Assembly (NCBI GenBank): GCA_043800345.1
Contig: JAZDNB010000035.1
Coordinates: 10,430 to 74,429 of the forward strand
Source of the DNA: Candidatus Omnitrophota bacterium
GTDB taxonomy: Bacteria > Omnitrophota > Gorgyraeia > VGKN01
Length of the DNA: 64,000 nt
Reading direction: 5' to 3'
The notes beneath the pieces were generated by a model. The model made no database searches and was not told where the DNA came from. It saw nothing but the letters and a program-made list of their open reading frames with translations. Below are positions 63,534 through 64,000 of this stretch, one piece after another (position 1 is the first letter of the stretch; each line of letters starts with the position of its first letter). The translations under genes and the position numbers were made by a program.

Positions 63534-64000
63534 CTATGTATTGACAACGGATTGAGCGCATTCATTTTCTTTGATTAAAAAATCTCTGCCTATGCCGACA
63601 TCAATAATATCCCAACTCAGCGGATCGGCAAAATCTTTATAGCTGGTATATTTATAGGGGTCAATATTTTCTTTTCTAAAAGCATCCAGCCACAGGGTAA
63701 AATTAAATCTATCGGTCCAGTTATCGAATCTGCACCCGCTTTTAAAAGCGGTTAATAAAACAGCCCCCAGCTTGCGATCTCCTCGGGAGAAAACCGCCTC
63801 GATAAAACTTGATTCTATATTATGGCTGTCGACTTTAAAGATATTTTTCCTTAGCTTCCTCTGGATATTGTTTATTCTCTCTTTTAAAATTACGCTATCT
63901 TCCATCTTTTCCCACTGAAAAGGCGTATGTGGTTTCGGTATGAATGCCGATAGGCTTATCGTAATATGGGCAGGGCGGTTATCATATGCCTTTTTTAAAT
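63534..64000 (-). CDS. Radical SAM protein, TIGR03960-like (partial; 5' end beyond right edge)
   Basis: The reading frame is open to the window edge upstream of the track ORF. Hand translation gives ...ISLSAFIPKPHTPFQWEKMED..., then FSRGDRKLGAVLLTAFKSGCRFDNWTDRF, as in the C-terminal part of the family that normally precedes DUF2344. Confidence 0.65.
   Translation of the reverse strand, partial: LKKAYDNRPAHITISLSAFIPKPHTPFQWEKMEDSVILKERINNIQRKLRKNIFKVDSHNIESSFIEAVFSRGDRKLGAVLLTAFKSGCRFDNWTDRFNFTLWLDAFRKENIDPYKYTSYKDFADPLSWDIIDVGIGRDFLIKENECAQSVVNT

Noticed and set aside
1-64000. Search for tRNA, rRNA, tmRNA, RNase P, SRP RNA, CRISPR arrays, toxin-antitoxin pairs and known defence-system genes
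   Set aside because: No intergenic gap contains tRNA-like acceptor or T-arm sequences or spaced direct repeats. All gaps larger than 60 nt were read and contain only promoters, leaders or the repeat element. No nuclease, methylase or ATPase gene set typical of defence systems is present.

Overview
AT-rich bacterial chromosomal segment, probably from a diderm because it has two secretins, SurA and an S41 protease. The lineage cannot be assigned without a database search. Every credible gene (about 58 CDS) lies on the minus strand. All plus-strand ORFs in the track look like antisense shadows. No tRNA, rRNA, CRISPR array, integrase or transposase was seen.

Housekeeping content in coordinate order:
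- rho (partial), coaE, glgA, polA
- larC-larB, tsaD, a yibQ-like gene with ctpA, gatCAB
- a LacI regulator with a large discoidin/six-hairpin glycosidase-like gene
- the prsA-like/surA-like/pdxA/rsmA block, a very short mfd, argS, rsfS, nadD, proBA
- obg, rpmA, rplU, rng, and a radical-SAM (TIGR03960-like) / DUF2344 pair

Two type IV filament gene clusters dominate the accessory content.
- Cluster 1 (5784-22040) has T2SS gene order (gspE-F-G-H-I-J-K...secretin). It is preceded by an extra pilB-like ATPase and a PilT retraction ATPase. It also carries a double-size GspK-like tip protein, a PilM-PilN fusion and a PilO-PilP-like fusion.
- Cluster 2 (53130-63527) is a T4a-pilus cluster: two tandem pilB, pilC, pilA, pilMNOPQ, a stand-alone MshEN/T2SSE_N domain protein and a small membrane protein. 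It lacks pilT and minor pilins. It sits between the radical-SAM gene and its usual DUF2344 partner.

Other notable items:
- A structured, modular repeat of about 140-177 nt occurs twice. One copy is an exactly in-frame 59-codon insertion in the leader-peptide region of the GspJ-like prepilin. The other begins at the predicted transcription start upstream of an unannotated 48-aa zinc-ribbon gene and rsfS.
- A bactofilin-HTH fusion sits next to a tail-anchored HTH protein.
- The glycosidase-like gene has a promoter, palindromes and hairpins upstream.

All functional calls rest on motif recognition by eye. No BLAST, HMM or RNA-folding computation was possible.
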